64,000 nt of DNA from an uncultured Bacteroidales bacterium (GTDB taxonomy: Bacteria > Bacteroidota > Bacteroidia > Bacteroidales > VadinHA17): the NCBI GenBank assembly GCA_963825165.1, contig CAWGRY010000001.1:116616-180615 (forward strand), written 5' to 3'. The notes below the pieces were generated by a model, which saw only the letters and a program-made list of their open reading frames with translations, ran no database searches and was not told where the DNA came from. Of the stretch, positions 1-8,541 are shown piece after piece (position 1 is the first letter of the stretch; each line of letters opens with the position of its first letter). A program made the position numbers and the translations under genes.

Positions 1-441
1 ACCAGATAAATGACCGCACGCGGAACGCCTTTGGAAATGCCGGTAATGTAGGAGAATCAGGTACCAGCGAAGGTGTAGCCGGAGGTGAAGGTAACCAGGG
101 TGTGGAAACAGGCTCACCAGGCGTCCGTAATTACGGACCAGGCGGAGGAGTTGGTGACGGAGCGCCTTCGTACAGGCTTGGAGACAGAAGAGTTCAGTCT
201 CTTCCCCGTTCCCAGGTATGACTATCAGATTGATGGTGTGGTTGTTGTGGAGATATCCGTCGACAGAAAAGGAACTGTCACCAAGGCTGTTGCAGGGGTT
301 AAGGGATCGACCACACTGGACGAAAATCTCCTCAGGGAAGCGCGTGATGCAGCGATGAAAGCCAAGTTCGACAGCAATGACAATGCTCCCCTCCTGCAGA
401 AAGGTACCATCTGGTACAATTTCAAACTGAGTGCCCGTTAG
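1..441 (+). CDS. TonB-family C-terminal domain protein, 5'-partial, with the reading frame broken near position 210
   Basis: Frame 3 is open from the window edge to TGA 219-221 and encodes a Gly-rich linker (...GPGGGVGDGAPSYRLGDRRVQSLPRSQV*). Frame 1 continues with PRYDYQIDGVVVVEISVDRKGTVTKAVAGVKGSTT...GTIWYNFKL, a typical TonB_C fold signature. The track ORF 85..441 is only the downstream part. Confidence 0.6.
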
Positions 442-449
442 TGTCGCTT

Positions 450-1223
450 TCAGAACAGGCCAATCACAAAATCTATTGCGCCGGTCAGCTTAAGGGCTGA
501 TGCCATCACTGCCACCAGCAGAATAATGCGGACTACCTTTGGTCCCCAGCTGACAGCAACCTTTGAGGCGAGCCATCCGCCGGCACCCTGTCCGACCGCC
601 AGTATAATCCCGTACAGGTAGTTAACCTGTCCGCTGATTATAAAAACCATGAGAGCCACGAGGGTCAGCGTCGCCACAATGACCACCTTGAGTGCATTGG
701 CCTTTGTCAGACCAAGCCCTGCACCCAGCACCAGGGCAGCAAGCAGGAAGAATCCCACGCCTGCCTGAATGAATCCGCCGTATATGCCGATGAAGAAAAA
801 GATGACCGAAACCCACCACTTCCGTCTGTGGCTCAATGCAGCAGCGTGTTCACGCACCCATTTTTCAGGTTTATAGAGGATTACAAAAAACATGAATATA
901 AGCAGCCCGCCAATGAGCAGTTCCAGAATCCTCTCGTTGATCCTGATGGCTGCCAGTGATCCCAGTAATGATCCTATGACGGCAGGAATGACCATCCAGA
1001 GACTTTCCCCGGCAGTGTACAGTTTTTGTTTCTTAAAGCTCCAGCTGCTGACTGCACTCTGCACAAAAACACCAATCCTGTTGGTGCCGTTGGCGATGTT
1101 GGCCGGCAGGCCCATGAACATAAGCAAAGGAAGAGTAATAAGAGATCCGCTTCCGGCAAGAGTGTTTACAAAACCTGCAAACAGGCCGGCAGCCACGACA
1201 GCCGGAAACATATACCATTCCAT
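450..1223 (-). CDS. TauE/SafE (DUF81) family sulfite/anion exporter membrane protein
   Basis: 257 aa, polytopic and hydrophobic. The N-terminus AGLFAGFVNTLAGSGSLITLPLLMFMGLPANIANGTNRIGV is typical of the TauE/SafE family. Confidence 0.75.
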   Translation of the reverse strand: MEWYMFPAVVAAGLFAGFVNTLAGSGSLITLPLLMFMGLPANIANGTNRIGVFVQSAVSSWSFKKQKLYTAGESLWMVIPAVIGSLLGSLAAIRINERILELLIGGLLIFMFFVILYKPEKWVREHAAALSHRRKWWVSVIFFFIGIYGGFIQAGVGFFLLAALVLGAGLGLTKANALKVVIVATLTLVALMVFIISGQVNYLYGIILAVGQGAGGWLASKVAVSWGPKVVRIILLVAVMASALKLTGAIDFVIGLF

Positions 1224-1247
1224 CAGATGCCGGGTTGTAACTGCATT

Positions 1248-2390
1248 CTACATTGCGAACAGCGGGTAGTCTTTCATCATCTTTTTTACGCGCTCCCCTA
1301 CCGAAATTATTACAGTCTCATCATCAATCCTGCTTATCACCTCATCGATAAGGCTCACAATCAGCGCCATATCATGCTCCTTCAGTCCGCGGGTTGTGAC
1401 AGCCGGGGTGCCAACCCTTATACCTGATGTAAGGAATGGTGAGCGTGTATCAAACGGCACCATATTCTTATTGACGGTAATATTAGCTCTTACAAGAGTA
1501 TTCTCAACTTTTTTACCCGATATGTCGGGGAATTTTGTTCTCAGGTCAATCAGCATCGAATGATTATCAGTCCCGTCAGATATCACCTTATAACCATGGC
1601 TGATAAAGGCATCTGCCATCACTGATGCATTCTTTTTCACCTGTTGCTGATAATGGCGAAACTCCGGTGTGAGCGCTTCGCCGAAGGAGACTGCCTTGGA
1701 AGCTATCACATGTTCAAGAGGGCCTCCCTGTATGCCCGGGAACACTGCCGAATTTATCATGGCCGACATCATCTTCACCTCGCCTTTTGGTGTTTTCACT
1801 CCCCACGGATTAACAAAATCCTTGCCCATCAGGATGATTCCGCCCCTGGGACCTCTGAGTGTTTTATGTGTCGTGGATGTAACTATATGAGCAAACTTCA
1901 GGGGATTATCGAGGAGGCCGGCTGCAATAAGTCCTGCCGGGTGCGCCATGTCTATCATCAGTAATGCCCCGATTCTGTCGGCTATTTCCCTCATCCGCCT
2001 GTAATCCCATTCCCTTGAGTACGCCGAAGCGCCACCGACGATAAGTTTAGGTTTCTCTTTCAGTGCCACCTCTTCCATCATATCATAATCAACCCTTCCT
2101 GTCTCCTCCTTCACTCCGTAGGATACCGGTCTGTAGAGTATTCCTGAAGAGTTGACAGGAGATCCGTGTGAGAGATGTCCTCCGTGAGAAAGGTTGAGAC
2201 CCATGAATGTATCTCCGGGTTTCAGCACTGTCAGAAACACTGCCATGTTTGCCTGAGCCCCCGAATGCGGTTGGACGTTGGCATATTCGGCGTCATAAAG
2301 TTGCTTCAGTCTGTCGATGGCCAGCTGTTCAACCTGGTCAACGACTCTCACATCCGCCGTAATACCTTGCTCCGGGGTAACCCTCAGCAT
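1248..2390 (-). CDS. glyA: Serine hydroxymethyltransferase, major C-terminal fragment (frame-broken gene)
   Basis: [33 protein letters not shown]...[14 protein letters not shown]...[14 protein letters not shown] is colinear with SHMT from about residue 60 onward. The first ~15 residues of the track ORF are out-of-frame read-through. Confidence 0.9.
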   Translation of the reverse strand: MLRVTPEQGITADVRVVDQVEQLAIDRLKQLYDAEYANVQPHSGAQANMAVFLTVLKPGDTFMGLNLSHGGHLSHGSPVNSSGILYRPVSYGVKEETGRVDYDMMEEVALKEKPKLIVGGASAYSREWDYRRMREIADRIGALLMIDMAHPAGLIAAGLLDNPLKFAHIVTSTTHKTLRGPRGGIILMGKDFVNPWGVKTPKGEVKMMSAMINSAVFPGIQGGPLEHVIASKAVSFGEALTPEFRHYQQQVKKNASVMADAFISHGYKVISDGTDNHSMLIDLRTKFPDISGKKVENTLVRANITVNKNMVPFDTRSPFLTSGIRVGTPAVTTRGLKEHDMALIVSLIDEVISRIDDETVIISVGERVKKMMKDYPLFAM

Positions 2391-2529
2391 ACTTGTTTGT
2401 CAGTACCGAACCCATAGCTTCAAGGACCTGCGGGCTGACAAAATTCTCGGAAGCGATCAGTTCTATTCCGTCGGTCTGGCGCTCGCGTTCACGGTCGATC
2501 ATATCGAATATGGCGGTGTCTCTTTTCAT
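2338..2529 (-). CDS. glyA: Serine hydroxymethyltransferase, N-terminal fragment (frame-broken gene)
   Basis: [61 protein letters not shown] is the canonical SHMT N-terminus. It then runs into SR* after a 1-nt frame shift. Confidence 0.85.
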   Translation of the reverse strand: MKRDTAIFDMIDRERERQTDGIELIASENFVSPQVLEAMGSVLTNKYAEGYPGARYYGGCESR

Positions 2530-2592
2530 CTTAATTGTTCAATTTATTTTTTTTGCATGATCCTGAAACGGAAATCAAGGCAGGGATGGTGG

Positions 2593-2600
2593 CAAATATA
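2593..2600 (-). promoter_or_regulatory. Putative Bacteroidota sigma-A -7 box (TATATTTG) upstream of glyA
   Basis: The minus strand reads TATATTTG, matching TAnnTTTG, 64 nt upstream of the glyA ATG at 2529. Confidence 0.3.
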
Positions 2601-2621
2601 CTTAAATATTACAAAATTTTA

Positions 2622-4403
2622 TCACTCGTCCGAGAACTGCCTCAGCAGTTCACGGTAAGCAGAGAAGATCCTTGATTTGGAAATAAAACCGACATACTCT
2701 CCCCTGTCAAGCACTGGCAGGTTCCATGCACCCGAACGTTCAAAAGCCTCAAGCACAGCATCGCCTCTGTCGCGGATATCAACATAGGTAGGCGGTATGG
2801 TCATGACCTCCCTGATGTAAATCTTGTCATACAGCTGAGAGTCAAACATCTTGTCGCGAACATCGTCAAGCAGTACCACTCCTTCCAGGACATTGAATTC
2901 ATCAACCACAGGGAAGATGTTGCGGTTTGACCGGGCTATCTGCTTCACCAGGTCGCCGAGGTTCCCATCAGGGCTGACTGTCAGGAGGTCTTTCTCCACT
3001 TCTTTGGTCCAGTCGAGAAGGGTACTGGCCGCCTTGTCCTTATCGTGAGTAATCAGCTCCCCGCTTGCAGCCAGCTGCTTGTGATATATTGAGTGCTTCT
3101 GAAAGGCTCTTGTTGTTATGTATCCTGCAGTGGAGACAACGATAAGAGGTACCAGAAGCCCATAACCTTCCGTAATCTCCGCAATAAGGAATATGGCAGT
3201 CAGGGGAGCATGAAGGACGCCGGCGAATACCCCTGCCATGCCTGCCAGGGTGAAACTGCTGTCAGGGAGTGACAGTCCGAAGAGGTTGTTAAATAGATTG
3301 CTGAAAAGAAAGCCGGCCATGCCACCGGTAAAGAGGGCAGGTGCGACAATCCCTCCCACTCCGCCGGCGCCATTGGTGGCAGCAGACGCAACAACCTTGA
3401 ACAGAATAAGAGCAGCAAGAAGAGCCATGAAAGCCCACGACCCGGATGCAATACTGCCGAACATGGTAATCCCCGTGACACTTTCCGGCTGAGCATTCAG
3501 GAGAGCCATAACGGTACCATATCCTTCACCGTACAGTGCCGGGAAGAGGTAAATAAGAATTCCGAGGATGATGCCACCGGTAATCATCCTGATCCAGATG
3601 TTACGGATCTTTCTGAAGAGCTTCTCAATACCCAGGGTCACCCTGGTGAAATATACGGCCGCAAATCCGCAGAAAATCCCCAGAATGAGATAATATGGCA
3701 GGTTCCGCAGAAGAAAACTTTCCCTTACCTGGAATGAAAACAGTACATCGTTACCCATGAAGAAATAGGCTACCGTGGCGGCTGTGACCGATGAAATAAG
3801 CAGAGGCACGATGGATGACATCGTCAGGTCAAGCATCAGCACCTCGAGTGTGAAAAGGATACCTCCGACAGGGGCTTTGAAAATACCTGAGATTGCGCCT
3901 GCAGCTCCACAGCCCAGCAGCAAAGTCACATTCTTATAGTTCAGCCCGAAGTAACGGCCTATATTTGACCCTATGGAGGCGCCCGTAAGCACAATCGGAG
4001 CCTCCGCTCCTACAGATCCTCCAAAACCTATCGTCAGTGAGCTGGCAAGGATCGATGACCAGTTATTATGTTTTTTAAGGTAGCTTTTGCGTTTTGAGAT
4101 GGCAGAGAGCACGCGGCTGATACCGTGCGAGATATTGTCACGAATAATGTATTTGACAACCATCACTGTAAGGAATATGCCAACCAGCGGATAAGCAAGT
4201 GAAAGGATGCCTCCTGCTCCTTTCATGATCCCCTGAGTGAAGAGAACATGTGTATAATGGATGGCGTTCTTCATCACGACTGCAGCCACAGCGCTGGCGA
4301 GGCCCACCACGAAACTCAGCAGATAAAGAAGGGTTTGCTGTTCAGCAAAGAAAGACTGGAGCTGTTTTAGTTTCCTTATTATCAGAGAGTTCAAACTTGA
4401 CAT
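2622..4403 (-). CDS. ClC-family voltage-gated chloride channel with C-terminal CBS pair
   Basis: GFGGSVGAEAPIV and GIFKAPVGGILFTLE are ClC selectivity-filter motifs, within a multi-TM body and a C-terminal CBS-like region. I prefer the start at MSSLNSL (ATG 4403) over the track start at 4547. Confidence 0.85.
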   Translation of the reverse strand: MSSLNSLIIRKLKQLQSFFAEQQTLLYLLSFVVGLASAVAAVVMKNAIHYTHVLFTQGIMKGAGGILSLAYPLVGIFLTVMVVKYIIRDNISHGISRVLSAISKRKSYLKKHNNWSSILASSLTIGFGGSVGAEAPIVLTGASIGSNIGRYFGLNYKNVTLLLGCGAAGAISGIFKAPVGGILFTLEVLMLDLTMSSIVPLLISSVTAATVAYFFMGNDVLFSFQVRESFLLRNLPYYLILGIFCGFAAVYFTRVTLGIEKLFRKIRNIWIRMITGGIILGILIYLFPALYGEGYGTVMALLNAQPESVTGITMFGSIASGSWAFMALLAALILFKVVASAATNGAGGVGGIVAPALFTGGMAGFLFSNLFNNLFGLSLPDSSFTLAGMAGVFAGVLHAPLTAIFLIAEITEGYGLLVPLIVVSTAGYITTRAFQKHSIYHKQLAASGELITHDKDKAASTLLDWTKEVEKDLLTVSPDGNLGDLVKQIARSNRNIFPVVDEFNVLEGVVLLDDVRDKMFDSQLYDKIYIREVMTIPPTYVDIRDRGDAVLEAFERSGAWNLPVLDRGEYVGFISKSRIFSAYRELLRQFSDE

Positions 4404-4470
4404 TATTAAAGCGCCCCGATGATGACACCCACAAATATATAATAAAATGAGGAGCAGCTGTTTATTTTGG

Positions 4471-4478
4471 TAAGTTTG
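4471..4478 (+). promoter_or_regulatory. Putative -7 box (TAAGTTTG) upstream of the M16 peptidase pair
   Basis: TAAGTTTG matches TAnnTTTG and lies 16 nt upstream of ATG 4494. Confidence 0.3.
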
Positions 4479-4493
4479 AAATATTTTGTACTC

Positions 4494-5735
4494 ATGATTG
4501 AATTCGAAAGACATACCCTGGCTAACGGTCTGAAGGTGATCGCACATTACGATGCCAGTACGCCGATGGTCACGACAAATCTCCTGTACGATGCCGGGTC
4601 AAGGGATGAGGATCCGGAGGCGACTGGCTTCGCTCATCTTTTTGAGCATCTTATGTTTGAGGGCTCCGATAATGTTCCGGTCTTTGACACACCGGTAATG
4701 CTTGCCGGAGGTGAGAACAACGCCTTCACCAACAATGACATCACCAATTATTATATAACCCTTCCTGCGAACAATCTTGAGATCGCCCTCTGGCTCGAGT
4801 CAGACAGGATGGTCAGTCTCGACCTGTCTGAAGGCAGGCTGGCTACGCAAAAGAGCGTGGTCACTGAAGAATTCAGGCAACGGTACCTGAACCAGCCGTA
4901 CGGGGATATTTACCTGCTGCTGAGGCCGCTTGCCTACAGAGTGCATCCCTACATGTGGGCCGCCATAGGCAAGGATATTGATCATATAGAAAAGGCTGAC
5001 AGCAATAGTGTCAGGCAGTTTTACCGCAGGCACTATACTCCCTCATCGGCAATCCTGAGCATTGCCGGTCCCGCTAAGCCTGATGATGTCTTCAGGATGG
5101 CAGAAAAATGGTTCGGTGATATTCCGTCATCAGAACGGATTGCCCGGATGCTGCCTGAGGAGCCACAGCAGAGGGAACACCGTGAGATCACTGTTTACCG
5201 TGATGTTCCGGCCGCCCAGTTAATAATGGCTTTTCATACCGGAGGAAGGGAGAGCCGCGACTTCTATATACTCGATCTTATGACAGATATCCTCTCAGGT
5301 TGCGACTCGGGTCGTTTTCCAGGCGTGCTGGTGAGAAAAAAAGAGTTGTTCAGTGATGCTGACATCTACCTCTCCGGTGAGATTGACCCGGGGCTGGTTA
5401 TCTTCAGCGGCAGGCTGAAAAGCGGAACTGACATAAAAAAGGCCGAGGCAGCGGTAATGCATGAACTGAACCTGCTGACATCAGAGCCGGTAACTGCCGC
5501 AGAGCTTGAAAAAGCACGGAACCGCTATGAATCCCTCAGACTGATGTCATATCTCAGCGCTGCAAATAAGGCTTTCAGCCTGGCTTTCCATGAGCTCCTG
5601 GGTGACGCTGCCGGGATTAATACGGAAATTGACAGATATATGAGTGTCACTGCCGGGGAGATCATTGACAGCTCTGCACGCACCTTCACTCCTGACAATT
5701 GCAGTGTGATCCATTATCTTCCCCTGGTGAAATGA
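4494..5735 (+). CDS. M16 (pitrilysin/insulinase) family zinc peptidase, catalytic subunit
   Basis: HxxEH zinc motif in GFAHLFEHLMFEGS. The N-terminus MIEFERHTLANGLKV is typical. The track start at 4467 is a TTG; ATG 4494 is preferred. Confidence 0.85.
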   Translation: MIEFERHTLANGLKVIAHYDASTPMVTTNLLYDAGSRDEDPEATGFAHLFEHLMFEGSDNVPVFDTPVMLAGGENNAFTNNDITNYYITLPANNLEIALWLESDRMVSLDLSEGRLATQKSVVTEEFRQRYLNQPYGDIYLLLRPLAYRVHPYMWAAIGKDIDHIEKADSNSVRQFYRRHYTPSSAILSIAGPAKPDDVFRMAEKWFGDIPSSERIARMLPEEPQQREHREITVYRDVPAAQLIMAFHTGGRESRDFYILDLMTDILSGCDSGRFPGVLVRKKELFSDADIYLSGEIDPGLVIFSGRLKSGTDIKKAEAAVMHELNLLTSEPVTAAELEKARNRYESLRLMSYLSAANKAFSLAFHELLGDAAGINTEIDRYMSVTAGEIIDSSARTFTPDNCSVIHYLPLVK

Positions 5736-7018
5736 AGAAACATATCAAACATCAACCGCCTGAAATAATCACCCCTTCTGCCGGTGAAACCGTTTTTCCT
5801 GAAAAGGTCAGCCTGAGTAATGGCGTACCTGTATATCTGCTCGGTAAGGGCACCGTCGACCTGCTGAGGATAGAGTTTGTCGTTGATGCAGGGCAGCGGA
5901 GGGAGAAAGTGCATATGGCATCCTCCACCGCCAACGCCATGCTGACCGAAGGAACTGAAAATCATGACGCAATAACTATCAATGATCTTATCGACAGCAC
6001 CGGTGCAGTATTAAATCATTCAGCTGACAAGGAGACTGCCAGCCTGGTTATGATCACTCTTTCAAGGAAACTCGAAGAGGTGACGGCTCTCGCTGAGGAA
6101 GTGCTTTTTCACCCCTCTTTCCCTGAGACAGAATTCAGGATGCTGATCGACAAAAGAGTACAGGCTTTCCTGACAGGAAGGCAAAAGACATCTGTAATAG
6201 GGAGGGAAGAGTTTTACAGGGCGCTGTGCGGAAATAACAATCCTTATGGAAGGGTCACTAAACTTGAGGATTACCAGACCATTACAACTGAGGCTGTCCG
6301 TGATTTTCATTCGCTTCATTACAAGCCTGACAATATGTATATTACAGTTGCCGGACGTGATCCGGAGAAGGCATTGCCTGTACTTGAGAAGTATTTCTCA
6401 GGAAACGGCACCGGCGTGTGGCACAAGCCTGAGATGCCTGAACCGGAGTTTGAGACTGCAAAAACCGGGCGCATTTTTGCTGAGGTCGGGAACTCGGTGC
6501 AGAGTGCAGTAAGAATGGGATGGAAAGGTATTACACGTGATCACCCGGATTTTAGAGGGCTTCAGGTCGCCAATATGATACTGGGCGGATATTTCGGTTC
6601 GAGGCTGATGCGAAACATAAGGGAAGAGAAAGGATATACTTACGGGATCAACTCTGTTGTTGGAGCTTTTCACGGCCTTGGATATATTGCCATTATGACC
6701 GAGGTCGCCAACAACTACCGGGAAGAGACGATAGCGGAAATCAGGAAAGAGATAACAAAGCTGTGCAGGGAGGAGGTCGGGCATGATGAGCTGACAATAG
6801 TGCGGAACCATTTCATGGGCGAGATTGCGCGCATGTTCGACGGCCCGTTCAACAGGGCCGAGGCAATAAGAGGGATCATTGATTATAATACCGGCAATGA
6901 TTATTTTGCACGTTTTGCGGAGACGGTTAGGACGATTACCCCAGGTAAAATAAAAGAGCTGTTTAATACGTATTTTAATATAGATAATGCCTTTGAAATC
7001 ATAGCCGGGGCAAGATGA
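5732..7018 (+). CDS. M16 family peptidase-like protein, non-catalytic partner (no HxxEH)
   Basis: M16 C-terminal-type sequence with no HxxEH motif. Its start overlaps the upstream stop (ATGA at 5732-5735), the usual paired arrangement. Confidence 0.8.
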   Translation: MKKHIKHQPPEIITPSAGETVFPEKVSLSNGVPVYLLGKGTVDLLRIEFVVDAGQRREKVHMASSTANAMLTEGTENHDAITINDLIDSTGAVLNHSADKETASLVMITLSRKLEEVTALAEEVLFHPSFPETEFRMLIDKRVQAFLTGRQKTSVIGREEFYRALCGNNNPYGRVTKLEDYQTITTEAVRDFHSLHYKPDNMYITVAGRDPEKALPVLEKYFSGNGTGVWHKPEMPEPEFETAKTGRIFAEVGNSVQSAVRMGWKGITRDHPDFRGLQVANMILGGYFGSRLMRNIREEKGYTYGINSVVGAFHGLGYIAIMTEVANNYREETIAEIRKEITKLCREEVGHDELTIVRNHFMGEIARMFDGPFNRAEAIRGIIDYNTGNDYFARFAETVRTITPGKIKELFNTYFNIDNAFEIIAGAR

Positions 7019-8478
7019 ATATGCTTAAGGTCATATTGCTGACTACGTTTCTTTTCTGCCTGATGCCGGCAGCCTCAGGGCAGGATGAAACTCAGCCTCT
7101 TTCACCTGAGCTTGATAATGTCACAGTGGATCCGTCGACCGGTTATGCAACCATCAGGTGGCTGCCTTCAACCTCCGGCGACGTAGGCAGCTACGTTATT
7201 TATACCTATAGCAGCAGTACAGCATTCGAAATCGATACAGTCAGATCGCCATTTATCACAGAATACACTCATACCCTCTCCGCGGCCCGTTATATGAGCG
7301 TTACCTATGTAGTTGCAGCTATGGACTCTTCATTGAATATCAGCCCGCTAAGCAATCCCCTTAGCACCATTTACCTGGCAGTTAAAAATGATTCCTGCAA
7401 ACAGCGGATCGAACTGGATTGGACACCTTACTTTAATCAGGCTCATCCGGCTGACAGGTATGAGATATGGGTGGGTACCGGCGGGGCACCGGCAGAACTT
7501 TACGGGACTGTTTCAATGGCAGATACTTCATATTTCTTTGACAACTACAGTCCTGCAACCCGGTACTGCTTTTACGTGACAGCCTCGGGTAATACCGGAG
7601 GCCTCTCCTCTTCCAACATGCAGTGTGTCACCTCCGGGAGTGAGACAGCACCCTCATGGATCAGGACTGATGCCATAGCCGTTGAAGATGGCTCTCTTCT
7701 GGTCAAGGGCAGCTATGACCAGGCAACCGATATGCTGGGTTATATTACTGAGCGTTACAAACCCGTGTCACAGGGATGGACTATGACTGGCACAGCCGCC
7801 GGGTTAAATGGGACAGTAACCATCACAGTAACTGCCGGAGACACGAACAGCATCAACCTTTACCGCATTTCTGCCCTGAATAACTGCGGCAGGGAGGTCG
7901 CCTCATCACCTCCCGCAAGAAATATTGTCCTCACCTCATCCACATCAGGAACACGTATTGATCTTTTATGGAATGACCCTTTGCCTGCCGGTGATGCAGT
8001 CTTTTCCGTCTGGCGTGACATCGGACAGGGTTGGGAAGAAGTGGCCCGGCTGGTTTCTGACACCCTCTGGTCAGAAGATTACTCAGTGTTTGCTTCCGCA
8101 GTTTCATCAGCCTCAGTAGCCTATTATGTCACTGCCGCTGATCCCGAGGCGCCGGCCGGTGTTCCTCTTTTCCGTTCAAATATCACTCTTGTCAGGGCTA
8201 CCGAGAATATTTTTATGCCAAATGCATTTACTCCTGACGACGATGGCATGAATGATATATTCAGCCCTGTAATTACCTTCACGCCCTCAAAATATGAGTT
8301 CAGGGTTTACAGCCGTACAGGTGTTCTTCTCTTTCACACCAGCAGCCACGGTACAGGATGGGATGGCCGGCATAACGACAAGCCGATGCCTTCAGGCGTT
8401 TACCTCTGGAGCCTGAAGCTAACAACGCCCTCAGGCCATTCAGAACAGATGACCGGCACCGTAACCATCCTGCCCTGA
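7015..8478 (+). CDS. T9SS type B (CHU_C / gliding motility-associated) C-terminal sorting domain protein with Fn3-like repeats
   Basis: Signal peptide MNMLKVILLTTFLFCLMPAASGQ. The C-terminus NIFMPNAFTPDDDGMNDIFSPV...GWDGRHNDKPMPSGVYLWSLKL is the type B sorting domain signature. Confidence 0.8.
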   Translation: MNMLKVILLTTFLFCLMPAASGQDETQPLSPELDNVTVDPSTGYATIRWLPSTSGDVGSYVIYTYSSSTAFEIDTVRSPFITEYTHTLSAARYMSVTYVVAAMDSSLNISPLSNPLSTIYLAVKNDSCKQRIELDWTPYFNQAHPADRYEIWVGTGGAPAELYGTVSMADTSYFFDNYSPATRYCFYVTASGNTGGLSSSNMQCVTSGSETAPSWIRTDAIAVEDGSLLVKGSYDQATDMLGYITERYKPVSQGWTMTGTAAGLNGTVTITVTAGDTNSINLYRISALNNCGREVASSPPARNIVLTSSTSGTRIDLLWNDPLPAGDAVFSVWRDIGQGWEEVARLVSDTLWSEDYSVFASAVSSASVAYYVTAADPEAPAGVPLFRSNITLVRATENIFMPNAFTPDDDGMNDIFSPVITFTPSKYEFRVYSRTGVLLFHTSSHGTGWDGRHNDKPMPSGVYLWSLKLTTPSGHSEQMTGTVTILP

Positions 8479-8509
8479 AATGGCACAAAAAGAAATAATC
8501 TGATTTTAG

Positions 8510-8517
8510 TATCTTTG
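8510..8517 (+). promoter_or_regulatory. Putative -7 box (TATCTTTG) upstream of the RSH gene
   Basis: TATCTTTG matches TAnnTTTG and lies 25 nt upstream of ATG 8542. Confidence 0.3.
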
Positions 8518-8541
8518 AATTTCCGTTGCGGATAATGGCTG

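Noticed and set aside
2338-2390. Programmed ribosomal frameshifting as the explanation for the glyA and TonB-gene frame breaks.
   Set aside because: There is no slippery heptamer or downstream structure at either site. Both are repaired by deleting one base in a short repeat (GAGAG, GTTCCC). An indel, artefactual or mutational, is the simpler explanation. This cannot be settled without reads.
4404-4547. N-terminal extensions given by the ORF track for several genes: ClC to 4547, M16 from 4467, second M16 from 5699, the barrel to 33956, the lipoprotein to 35480, tilS from 40973, aroC to 43461 and aroQ to 54783.
   Set aside because: In each case an internal ATG gives a canonical N-terminus or signal peptide and removes overlap with the neighbouring gene. 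The extensions look like read-through of intergenic sequence.
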